In this document: in pieces, positions 1-11,438 of the stretch | How positions within the stretch are numbered: the first letter of the stretch is position 1 | Layout: every line of letters starts with the position of its first letter | Source: Macrostomum lignano | Lineage: Eukaryota | Length of the DNA stretch: 64,000 bases | Direction: 5' to 3' | Assembly: GCA_002269645.1 (NCBI GenBank) | Contig: NIVC01000023.1 | Location: 310,001-374,000 of the forward strand | Translations under genes and position numbers: made by a program | The notes under the pieces: generated by a model | Database searches by the model: none | What the model saw: only the letters and a program-made list of their open reading frames with translations | What the model was told of the DNA's origin: nothing

Positions 1-1199
1 AAACTGGACTGCTGGAGGCCCAGGCCATCAAGGGAGGCAGCCACGCAGACCCAAGCAGCTCGTGTGGAGTCCAGCAGATCAGCAAGGCCAAGAACAGTGG
101 AGCCGCGGCAAGACAGCACGAGGCACTGAAGCCGACAGCCGACGGCCGGAGCTGCGGCTACTGTGGCTCAGCGGCGCATTTCGGTGGACAGACCTGCCCA
201 GCAAAGGGGCAGAAGTGCAAGTCCTGCGGTAAGCGTGGGCACTTTGCCAGAGTCTGCAGGAGCGGAAACCGAGTGCGACAGCTTCAGGATGAGTACTCAA
301 TCTGCGCTGTGGCGACAGCTGCGGCAGCAAGCAAGCACTGCGAAGTGCTGCTGAACGGGAGGCCTGTCAAGCTGCTCGTTGACTCCGGTTCGCGAGTCTC
401 CATCATCACCTAGAGGACGTACAACAGACTTCTGTCCAACTTGCCCCTGCAGGCGTCATCACGGAAGCTGGTCGCTTTCAACGGCAGCAAGATCTGCGTG
501 CTTGGTGACATCCTGACCTCGGTGCAACTCAAGGACAAGGTAGTGCCTTACGTCAACCTTAGCGTGGTCAATACCGGATCTGACATCCTGGGGTGCGACC
601 TCATGGATCAGCTGGGACTGCGGATCGTCACTGCAGACGGTGAGCGAGTGCAGACAGTCGGCACCAGAGCCCTGCCTGACTGGATCCCAGGCCGGTTCGA
701 CCAGTTGACTCAGGGACTCGGACACATCAAGGGATTTCAGCACAGGCCGCGAGTCAACCCCGCGGTGCAACCGACTGCTCAACCGTTGCGCAGAGTGCCG
801 CTCAGCTTAAGAGAGTCGGTTCAAAAGAAGTTCAAGTGGCTCAAAAGAACCCGACCGCCCCAATTCCGGGTCGGCGACCTGGTGCAAGTGCGATCTCCGC
901 GGATGCGAGGCAAGCTGCAGAGCCACGAGTCACCACCTCTATGGGTCAGCGACATCATCAGCCCGACGATCGTCAGGTTAGAGGACGGCTCAAGGTGGCA
1001 CACCAGCCTCTGTATGCCTCATGCGGAGCCCGAGGGTGCCAGCACGACTTCGGCAACGGCAATGCCGCCACAGCCGCCAGTGGCTGCAAAGCCGGCAGAG
1101 CCAGAAGGCCCGACGGACCCGCCGCCGGCGACCGCTGAGGCCGACGTGGAGCTGCGGCGCAGTACGCGACTGCGGGCACCACCGTTGTGGTACGGCTAG
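1..1199 (+). mobile_element. Ty3/gypsy LTR retrotransposon remnant: gag zinc knuckles, aspartic protease, internally deleted pol (RT start fused to integrase C-terminus)
   Basis: Frame 3 reads CGYCGSAAHFGGQTC and CKSCGKRGHFARVC (CCHC knuckles), then LVDSGSRVSII (retroviral-type protease motif), with an in-frame TAG at 411-413. It continues ILGCD and the RT N-terminus (GLGHIKGFQH...QPLRRVPLSLRESV), then jumps near 820 to an integrase-tail-like segment (FRVGDLVQVR...VRLEDGSRWH). The element is truncated at the window start. Confidence 0.9.
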
Positions 1200-1268
1200 G
1201 TCGTGACGCATTGATTGCCAGCTGTGAAGGGAATTTGTTACTGTTAAGGACAATGTCGTGAGGGTGAA

Positions 1269-1468
1269 TGTTGTAGAGTGAGTTTACTCACTGGTTTGTT
1301 TTGCTAGTCGGTGTTTGGGGGTCAAGGGATCCGATGTACATGCGCGCTCTGTTTGTATATGTACATGCGTTCTCGAGTAAATATAAGAATAGCTCCACCC
1401 TTTGGGTGAGGGTTTGAATTTTGTTTGTTGGACTAAACCTGACTGGCTTGTCTCTCGCTCACTACACA
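1269..1468 (+). mobile_element. Putative 3' LTR (about 200 bp) of the gypsy remnant
   Basis: Starts TGTTGTAG directly after a purine-rich tract (GAGGGTGAA) and ends CTACACA, giving TG...CA imperfect inverted termini. It lies just downstream of the pol stop. The 5' LTR is outside the window, so it cannot be compared. Confidence 0.65.
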
Positions 1469-2119
1469 GGCCACCCTTTCGGAATTAAGATGACTTATTT
1501 TCAAGTAGCCAGGAAGAGGTAATTTAAACTATTTCGATCTGAGAGCTTCTCGAGAGTCTGAAAAGTTTTCTACACCTCGTTGAATGAATCGCTAAATGCA
1601 TGTAGCTGAATACCAGCACTGTATGAGCGTACGAGTACAACATGTACTTTCAGTCCGTATCCTTAAAGTAATCAAATTTAATCATTCTGTAACCCTCATC
1701 GTGATCTCCCAGCGCAGCCTACGTGCACCTGAAGCTGTCGTTTAGGCAACCGCAACTGGCAAAGCAGTTAAGAGTTATCAAAGCCAATCAATCAATTGTT
1801 ATTTCTTAATTAAATTAATGCAATAAAGAGATCACCGTATGTACTGTTATCTTTGAGGCAGAAAAATTAGAAATAGCATGGGCAAGACAGGCTAGGCTGC
1901 AGAAGTATGAGAGCTATGTAAAATTAAGAAAGCGTTGACGACAGAGATAAAGAATTGAAGATAGCACGAAAAGGGACCGAAATATGAGGCCAATTGAAAA
2001 TAAGAAAAAAACGACAAGGTACATTTTAGAGTGGGCCAAAACTAATTCTGGGGAGGGCCAAGGCTAAAGAAGACAGCAAGGCAACGGTCGAACTGCATTA
2101 CGTCATACGACCCGTAATT

Positions 2120-2490
2120 TTAGCAGGTGTATTTCTCTCGCCCTCTCTCGCCCGGTAGCCGAGTACTTATGTAGCGGACGAGCTGGCAGAGATTCTCGGG
2201 CCTGAAAACGTCAGAAAGGTTCAGTTTTTGGGCCGAGGTAGGTGAGCCTGTCCTGAGTAAAAGCAAGGCATTCACAGATGAAGTGCTCCGCATTCTCAAC
2301 ACCGGAGAGGCAGAATGTGCATTCCTCACTACAAATTTTTCCCTGGAGGCAGCGCTGCCTGACAAAACAGCCACGATATGAGGCCAAGGTCACCGCCCTG
2401 ATGTCCCAGCTGTTGAGTCCAAGCAGGGCCCTGCGGAGAGCGGGGATGCCGTACCTCGGAGCATCTATTCCTGAGTACAATTCCTCTAAC
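2120..2490 (-). pseudogene. Degenerate 3' fragment of a non-LTR retrotransposon ORF2 (C-terminal zinc finger)
   Basis: Minus-strand translation ECTFCLSGVENAEHFICECLAFTQDRLTYLG matches the Cx2C...ExxxHxxxxC C-terminal zinc knuckle of LINE ORF2 proteins. The frames are broken. Confidence 0.55.
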
Positions 2491-3036
2491 TGATGCAATT
2501 GATCAGAACTCTGCCGTTAAACAGGAAATTTGACAACATTTTTCCCTATGAGCATTATTTGGTCGAACCTAGAAACTAAGATTAATCATTGCTCTGCTGT
2601 CATTTATAAAAGTTCTTTTTTGATAGCATGCATGATAGCATTTACTGTACTTAGCGATGCGAGCAGTTAAAAAATAAGGTTTCGAGTTTCAAGTTCATCT
2701 TATTCTTCCCTGCTTTTTGCACTTTGTTTTTCATTATATTTCATCCTATCATCTACGAGTCGTAACTACTTTTCTAAATTGAATTTTTAATTTTTCCTTA
2801 GACCTTCCTAACACTTTTTCCTAAATTCTTTCCGTTGTGTCTTAAACATCATATACGCTCGTACACCCAACTTTTATAGCCCATTGTGTCTTCTGAAATT
2901 TTTGCTGCCAAAGAACTTTACAATCGCCATGTAACGCTTCTCGATTATTTTGGCGATGCAATTTTCTTATTTTACTATTATCTTTCATGCCTGATTTTTT
3001 GTGTTGTATCTGCAGTGGTGCGCTATTGTACCGAGC

Positions 3037-4149
3037 CGTGTCTATAGTCTTCGTTGACTTCCGGAAGGCCTTCGACTCTGTCAGCAGGACGGCCTTAGCC
3101 TGGCTCCTGGCTCAGTACGGCGTCCCCGACACCCTGGTGACGGCAGTTATGGACCTGTACCACAACTCCAAGGCGTTTGTCGACTCCAGCGATGGCCCTA
3201 CGGACGAGTTTGATACCACTTCCGGGGTGCTGCAAGGGGACACGCTATCTCCCCTGCTTTTCATTCTGGCTGTTGACTACATCCTGCGCCGCTGCCTTCG
3301 AGACGACGACAGCTTTGTCCTCGCGCCTCAGCGTAGCTCCCGCCACACTGCCGTGACGCTCCCAGCCCTCGCCTACGCTGATGACATTGCGCTGCTGTGC
3401 CGAGACCCTGTAGCAGCCCAGCACGCTCTTACTCGACTCTCCGAGGAAGGCGCCCGGATCGGCTTGCAGATTAACGCAGGCAAGACGGAGGTGCTGCACG
3501 TGGGTGCTGACAATGCCCCACCGCTGACCCTGCCCAACGGCAAGGCCATTTCACTACCTAGGCACCCTCGTAATGAGCCCAGGGGCGATCATCGCGGACA
3601 GGAGGACTCAGGCCTGGCGCGCCATGCACCACCTCAGGCCGATCTTCACCTCCGGAGCGCGGGACGACCTGAAGATCCACCTGTTCCGCGCCGCTGTAGA
3701 ACCGATCCTTCTCTACGGCATGGAGGCTGTCCCGATGACAACCACGCGAGAACGGGCCCTGGATGCGATGCACCGCAACCTGCTGCGCAAGGCGCTGGGC
3801 GTGCGCTACCCGACCGTCCTCCCGACGGCCCAGCTGATGGCGAGATCGAAATCGCCGTCCCTCAGCGCCACCCTCCGCCGGCGCCGCCAGGCCCTGCTGG
3901 GACACTGCCTGCGGCGATTCGCCCGCGGCGACGACAACCCGCTTGGACTGGCCATTCTGCATCCGCTGACCGAACGGTTCCGCCGCGGCCAAGGGCGGAC
4001 CCAGACGCTCCGGGAGACACTTGTTGCCGACCTGGAGGCAATTGGACTGACCCCCCAGACTGCTGCGACCTGCCCTGCCCCTCTTTTTCGCAATCGTGTG
4101 CGTGCTAGTGCCCCCCGACCCTAGCGTCGTTGTAATGTAATGTAATGTA
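3037..4149 (+). mobile_element. 5'-truncated RTE-like LINE (reverse transcriptase), frameshifted
   Basis: RT motifs FVDFRKAFDSV, GVLQGDTLSPLLF, LAYADDIAL and GLQINAGKTE are present. A short deletion near 3548 shifts the frame into FHYLG...LLYGMEA. The element has a (TGTAA)n 3' tail and a 12-bp target-site duplication ATTGTACCGAGC at 3025-3036 and 4150-4161. Confidence 0.93.
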
Positions 4150-5809
4150 ATTGTACCGAGCAGTCCAGAGTACAGTGTAGATATTTGGTTTGTATGCGAA
4201 GATTTGGCTTCAATTGATTACCTTTAAACTACAGTGGTAGCAATAGAATACTAACTACACAAGGAAATTTGCCTTAAGTTGGTGATTTCCAGTGTTTTGT
4301 GACACTATTTTCTATAATCAAGAGATATCTATAGCTTGCATTTAGAAAAACCGACCTTTCGACTTGGATTCGGATGCCAAATGCACACTTTTACGCTCGT
4401 ATCCCTGCTATAGTTATCGAGATATGGCAAAATGAACAAGACTGATGCGCAGGATTGCTATAACAGCCGAGATTCAATTTTGTGGAATTAATAAAGCTGG
4501 GATAATACGAGTAATTAGCTCTGTCGGTCCTTCGTCAGGTACTTTACTTGACACAACATTCATTTGGCTAACAGTATGCTTTATGACTATAATAATTACG
4601 CAAAAATCTGATTATGTTGTGATCCTGATTTCACTATTTTTTACAGTTTCTATGTACAGTAGATCTATTTATGTATTCGAATTGGTTTTTGGTAAAGACG
4701 TTTGGTATTTGAACCTGATTGCGTTCTGTTCCAAGGCGACAGAGGAATCTCATGTACACATTAACAACAACGAGAAAGTAGTATTTGTAAGAAGGCTCGT
4801 AGCGAACTACCAAAATAAGAGGGGTACTATCACAGACGATGCAAGCAAAGCTGGAACGGATGTTCAGGTCATGCAACTTAATCACCGTTCTACAACGGCA
4901 TCATGGTTTTTTACGTCTTTAAGTCTTTTAAGACACGAAACCGGACAATATATTGCAGAAGCCGTTTCGAGAAAAATGGTGGTAAGAGCAAGCACACCGA
5001 TCATTGTGCAAGGCAATAGCATTATGGTCCTTGGAATTATATTGTAGTTCCTTGTTTTTGACTGCACATTGACTCACCAAGGCGTACTTAATATCTTGAC
5101 CAGAAATCGAGCTCACCGATAGAAGGAACTTGTTGGCACCCGGGTGTACATTTCCACATCGAAAGACTGAAGTTCCCTTTCCGCTGACTCAATATTATAA
5201 AATATATTGCAGCATTAGACTTAAGTAAGAGGTATAAGTACGCTTTAGTTCGCCACCTAATACCTTATATTCAAGTTTTATTATCAATTTATTCTTGTAA
5301 AATACATGTACCTGTTCAGCGCTCTGTAGGTATAGCTTCACTTCCATGGTAAGTCTGTATTTTACTTTTAAGCTGTACAGAATGCCGGGCACTATGGAAT
5401 AGCAGCTGAGGCGGCTAATAGCATTTCTCAGTGTTCAGGAACTGGAGGGGAAGCAGGCTTACAACCTGCCCGAATACTTACCAATACTTTGCAAAATTTC
5501 CACTTAAAAGTACTATACCAATCAGTCGCGTGATTTTGAATTTTGGATTGCAGAAGCGAGTCTTGAATTTAAATCCAAGTTTAAGGGTCAGTTTTAAAAT
5601 GCAAGCTAAATATCTCTGGATACTACGAGCTAGAAAACAGTGTTACAAATCACTGAGTGATGGTGGGATGATGCAGCTGTATTGCACAGAATCACTTTCC
5701 GTTCCTTCTATAACTAATCTCGCCAAATACACACAAGATATACCATGGTATATTCTGTTGGAAACAGACAGACTTTTGCATATACATTTCAGAATTCATA
5801 AACACCAGG

Positions 5810-8800
5810 ATGAACTGGGGACGATTTCTCAAATTTCTGTTCGGCGCAGCCTGTCTTCTGGCGGCGGCTGCATTGACAATTTTTGTGCCCGTTATATTAC
5901 CTGTCAGCGTCCTCGTCTCTGGACTGATCGGTGCGGGCGTAGCTGCTCTCTACGGCGCTTGGAGGAATCTGGATTGGAAACAGTTCTGGAAGGAGGTTGG
6001 CGTAGGTGCCGCGATCGGTTTAGTCAGTGGTCTTTTTTCTATTGCTGCCTCTGCTGCCACTGCCAGTTTGACTCCTGCGTTGGAAGCATGGGGTATCAGC
6101 GCTTTTTTTACGAATGTATTGATACGGGGTGCAGCAGGTGCTATCACAGGTGCCATTGCTAACGCTGTTATAAATCTCGCGCGAGGCATGGCATGGCACG
6201 AAAACCTTCTTCGCGCTGTCTTCTCGTCTGCCCTCGCGGCTACCGTTCCTGTCGCGCTCGAACATCCAGAAATCGGACCGCGAATCCAGCAATTTATCAC
6301 TGATCGTCTTTCAAGCATTTTGCCAAATCCAATTGGCGGCACAGCTGCTGCAATCCACTGGTTAAGCTCAAGCGTCCCGGAACTCTTTTCTCACGCTGCG
6401 TCAAATATCGTTGGACAGCTGGCATTCATCAGGGGAATTGATCCAGCTCTTTTTGCTTGCTCAATGGCAGGCGGTTTGGCCATCACCGGAGTCCGGTACT
6501 TGCAAGACAGTATACAGCAGTCCTATGATTTGGTCCCAGAAAATGGCCAGGAACCAAATGTTCACACTGATCAACTTCTCTATTCGAAATTTGCTGGCAC
6601 AATCTCCTCAGCGCATCCGTCACCGCAACCCACTACGCCGGATAATCCGTCAAAGCTACCTCCTACGCCGGATAATCCGCCACCGCTACCTCCTACGCCA
6701 GGAAATCCATCAAAGCAACCTCCTACGCCAGATAATCCGCCAAAGCAACCTCCTACGCCGGATAATCCGCCACAGCAACCTCCTACGCCGGATAATCCGC
6801 CACCGCAACCCACTACGCCGGATAATCCGCCACCGCAACCCACTACGCCGGATAATCCGCCACCGCAACCCACTACGCCGGATAATCCGCCACCGCAACC
6901 CACTACGCCGGATAATCCGCCACCGCAGCCTCCTACGCCGGATAATCCGCCACCGCAACCTCCAACGCCGGATAATCCGTCACCGCAACCCACTACGCCG
7001 GATAATCCACCACCGCTACCTCCTACGCCGGATAATCCGCCACAGCAACCTCCTACGCCGGATAATCCGCCACAGCAACCTCCTACGCCGGATAATCCGC
7101 ATCCGCAACCCACTACGCCGGATAATCCGCCACCGCAACCCACTACGCCGGATAATCCGCATCCGCAACCCACTACGCCGGATAATCCGCCACCGCTACC
7201 TCCTACGCCGGATAATCCGCCACCGCTACCTCCTACGCCGGATAATCCGCCACCGCTACCTCCTACGCCGGAAAATCTACCCGAAGGAGTGATTTGTGGC
7301 ACGTTCTCACCGCCGCCTCCTCCACCGCCACCAGCCGCTGTGCATGTAAGAAGCCAGCAAGCTCAGCTAACTATCAAGAAAGAGACGGCGCCTCGCATAT
7401 TCAGTTCCACCATGGAGCTCTTACAGTACAAAGCGCAACGCAAACGAGAAGCGGACGAAGCCAAGCAGCTGGCGCACATGCCGTCGCCTAAAACATTCGA
7501 GACTGCCACTTCGAGGACAGCAAGTGATGCTGCCAACCGGAGCTCTGGAGCCATCGGGGGAGAATCACGAAATGCTGACTTGCAACCCTCTGGAATGAAC
7601 ACTGCTGACTCTGATAACAACGAGACAGGAAAGGACGAAAAGGACACACCTAAGCAGTTTCCAAATAATCAAGACAAAAAAGTTCATCAGCAAGTGAAGG
7701 CGTCAGTTGAAAATTTCTCAGTTGAGCAACCTACCGACTCCGCCACTTCGTTGAATTTGTGCAGAGTGGTCCCTCTGATTCTGTGGGACGAAAAGGATCA
7801 AAAGTACAAAATGGGAGATCCAGCTGAGTGGCAGCTGCCCCAAGGGCTCAAGGTGATTGCGGTCAGTGGGTCCATGCGGAGTGGAGCCACCACATTTATT
7901 CACGACCAGATTATGGACTTCGGCTATCAGTTCACGGAGAACCAGATCGCTGCCACCTTGTTCAAGGTCGGAGTGGTCATGTACGTATTGGAGAAGGAGA
8001 AAGTCGTGTTTCTGGACATTTGTGACAATATCGACAACATCAGCGGTGCTCTGGACAGCAGCGACTGCACAGAAGAGGAAAAACTCGAGCAAGGCTTCTG
8101 TCCAGCTGGAAACTTCTTGTTGGACCTCTTTGGCTTTGCTGCATCCACCCACTTTATCCTGCACTGCTCGATTGATCCAGAGCTTTTGGAAGTGGACTCT
8201 CAGAGTATCACAAAGCAGTTCATTTACGCCAAGATGAAATTTCTCGCGTGCAATGTTGACAAGTTTCTCCAACGCAGAGGTCCAGAACAGCTCAGCGTGG
8301 TGCTCCGCGCGAAGAAGAGTAAACTCATAGCGCTCTACGCAGACGTTTGGGATGAAACCATTCTGCTCAAATCCACTACGGTGGAATCGGACTCTAGCCA
8401 GGATGATGTCGGAGAAGACAAGAAGCTGATGCAGCTCTTTCCCGTCAGAAGGTTCTACCCGCTGAAGTATTATCCTGATCAAGGTGGGATCTCAATCCAA
8501 ATAAATGAGAAACTCTTAAGGCAGCGAGAGACAATCAAGGAGGCTATTCAGCAATCTAAAGCCCACTTGGCGTCATTTCCCAACGAATATCTGCCAGAAC
8601 TCACCGTCCACTGGCCGCAGGTCTGGCGCGAGCTGAGTGAGAACGAAGAGCTGCAAGCTACGCTACTCAAGTACGTCAACGAATGCGCAGTTAAACAAAA
8701 ACGAAAAAGTCCCGTAGAAGCCCGTTTATCGCAATTCCGCGAACTTGTAACGGAGCTCCAGAAGTATTCTGCAGAAAAATTTCCGCAACACGACCTACAC

Positions 8801-11056
8801 AGCAGGTTAAAAGAAGCGCAGGATTGGTGCCACGCGAAGACAGAAGAGTTTCAGCAGTCTGCCGAGGACATGCGAGATCCAACCACTCCGTTCCAATGCA
8901 TCCTCAAATTCGCGGAAGTCATCCTCAGGACGGGACTCAGCATCTCTAATCCCAGAGAGGTGGAACTGAAAAATCTCTGCTTAGAAACCAGTCTAAGAGG
9001 CTACACCGTTCTCATCTGGTGCGAGGATCCGATGCTGGAGTTCCTCTTTGCCAGATTAGCGATCAATGAATTCTCTGCTCTGAGCCTCCTCACTGACGAA
9101 GCCGTCTGCACAATGTTCGATGGTGCTTGGATGTTTTTAGCTCGAGCCGCCGACTTTGGCTACAAGCTGTCTCTGGCGCGACACGATGTGGTGGGCATCG
9201 CGATTAGCTGTCTGGCATCCAATCGATTTTTCCCAGAGTCCAGCAGGATGCGCTTCTACATACTGCTCACACTGAGGAATATGGTTGAGAATGATGTTAG
9301 ATTTCCCATGAGCACATACGCCAACGACTTTACTGGAAAATATCAACTTCCTCAGAGCGAGGTTAATTTTGAGAAACTCTTGTGCGAGGTGTCCTTCGAC
9401 GCCAAGGAGCTTGCTGAGAAGCTGGCGCTCAATGCCTTTGAACGCGCTGGTGAAACTGTATCTGAAGATGAATTCATCAAAAAATATAAAGAAGTGATTC
9501 AGAAAAAACTTCGATGCGACCCGGACCACCTAACGACGCAAGCAGTCAGAATGAAGAACACGGATGCTGACACTCAAAAGAGGTGGCAGCGAATCACGGA
9601 AGCCTTTTTCAATCGCCTCTTCTTCGAGATTGGAACGCGAACGGCGCGACAGATACTGGAGCTTCGAAATGACGAATCACCAAATGCCTATCAGATCTTC
9701 AGGGAGAAATTGTGTCGCAATGACCCGGACCCTGACTGTCTTCGGCAACAGGCTTGCATAATTCACTGCATGCTGCAACTCGAGGAGACAAAACTGTCAA
9801 AAATTATTATTAATATTCAGAAGCTCCGAGACTTCGTTGTCTACCAGTTGCGCAACTTTGTTGACCTACCCTCATACCGAGCTGTCCTTGGACTGGCGGC
9901 TCGGGCGATGCATGAGGAACACCGGATGAGAAATGAAGGTGAAAAACAACAGCAGCAACCAGAAGAGAAAGTTCAAGACATGAACACAATGCGCCGACAA
10001 GAGCAGCGACTGCTTGAGAAGCAACAGTTCGGAGAGCTTCAGCTTCTCCTTCTGCGCAACGACTGTCTTCAGCCGATTCTGGACACTTTGCTGAAACGCG
10101 CCATCAAGGACAGCGACACTCCAACAACCATATTCTCCCATGTTCTTACGGAGCTGCTGCTGAGCAGTGAAGAGGAAGAATATAAAAAGTTGTCTCTCGC
10201 GATATTTGCTCAGCAAATTGGAGGAGTTCGCGCTCACGCTATTGATCAGCTGTCCCGCTGCTTGCCGAGCGAAACAGAGACCAAGGAACCCTTTGCCGGA
10301 TGCTACCGCAGCGCGTCTGCCGCTCTCATGCTGTACAACAAGCTCAGCGCTGTCTACTTCCGGTGCTGCGACAGCGACGGCGATTTGTCACTCGAGTTTC
10401 TGCGGCTGTTCTACAAGAAGCTGAGCACCGAGGACAAGACCGAGTACGCAAAAGCAGCCATCAGCTCGGAAGCTGTCGAGACGGCAGTGAAACTGGTTCT
10501 CGACCCTAATAGGTTCACGGACCAAGACGGTGCTGAGCTGAAGTTCCAAACTCTGATTTTCCTATGGAATCTGCAGGTAAGGTTGGATAAACCAATTATT
10601 AACTTGTTAAAGTGAAGTAGCGATTAGTTCTGCTGAATATTTTTATTCTGATTTAGTGAATGACGCTTCAACTGACGTAAACTACGATTCCAGGAAACAT
10701 CCGGCCTCTCCCTGATCGACGCCAAGCGGAAGCATCTCGGCCAAAACATTGGCAGCCTATCCGACGTCAGGAATGTGAAACTCTACTGGCACAAGAGACA
10801 GGTGGCCGATGAGCGAGTCGGATTCTCCGAGGAGCAGGTTGCACGGCTACTCCTCTTCCTGGAGAGCAGCAGCGACACCGACAAGGTCGCCTCACTTCTT
10901 GAATTGAATCTCGCATTCAGATGGGGAGCGAAACACGCGAAGGATTTCCGTGAGCTGCAGGACGAGAGGCAGAAGCTGTGGAAAGAAGCCAAGGTTCGGT
11001 TCCAAGCAACGCAAGCCAGAAATGCTCGACTGCGACGTTTTGAAAGGAAAAATTGA
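5810..11056 (+). CDS. Large 2-exon protein (about 1709 aa): hydrophobic glycine-zipper N-terminus, Pro-rich repeat, degenerate GBP/atlastin-like (GB1/RHD3) GTPase domain, long helical C-terminal region
   Basis: Exon 1 is 5810-10576 (4767 nt open, donor CAG|GTAAGG). The phase-0 intron has a CTGAC branch-like site and a TTCCAG acceptor. Exon 2 is 10694-11056, in frame with the 10775 ORF, and ends in TGA. The GTPase-fold call comes from manual motif alignment only. Confidence 0.8.
6616..7276 (+). repeat. Coding 27-bp tandem repeat encoding P(T/P)TPDNPPPQ-type 9-mers, about 24 copies
   Basis: Unit ACGCCGGATAATCCGCCACCGCAACCC(T), in frame within the 5810 ORF. Confidence 0.95.
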
Positions 11057-11073
11057 TGGGGGAAGAAGCACTT

Positions 11074-11438
11074 TTTTATTTTTTTATTAGAGGCAGGGGG
11101 GTTGTGTGCACCCTGGCGCAATTTAAGCGTCATTGGCACACAACCGGCGAGAGGCATTACAGCCCATTCCGCCGACTCCCCTGAGCAGGCAAACAAGCGC
11201 GCGGATACGTTACGCAGGCACACACTCACACAGGAGTGTACAGCGGCCCTAACTTTATCAATTGTTAGGCATGTACACTTCACTGCGCCTTGGGGGGTTG
11301 GCTCTCAAGGCCGTTAATTGCACAAGCGAGCCAAGCCAAGATTCCAATCCAGCCCCAAATTAATGTGGCTGCACTTGGAATCGAGCCTGGGTCGCGGCAC
11401 ACCAGAGCAGCTGCGCTACCGCTGGGCTACGGCCCCCC
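11074..11438 (-). mobile_element. tRNA-derived SINE, family A, full length with TSD
   Basis: The minus strand begins GGGGGCCGTAGCCCAGCGG (A box) ... GGCTCGATTCC (B box) and ends in an A-rich tail. A 13-bp TSD GGAAGAAGCACTT lies at 11061-11073 and 11439-11451. A homologous copy is at 15945-16230. Confidence 0.85.

Noticed and set aside
4445-5067. 200-aa plus-strand ORF and an overlapping minus-strand ORF with a signal-peptide-like segment
   Set aside because: No recognisable domain, a non-ATG start, AT-rich composition and no consistent splice path. It remains unexplained but unsupported.
5431-6162. 243-aa ORF overlapping the start of the giant gene
   Set aside because: It has a GTG start, is out of frame with the long ORF, and has no recognisable motifs.
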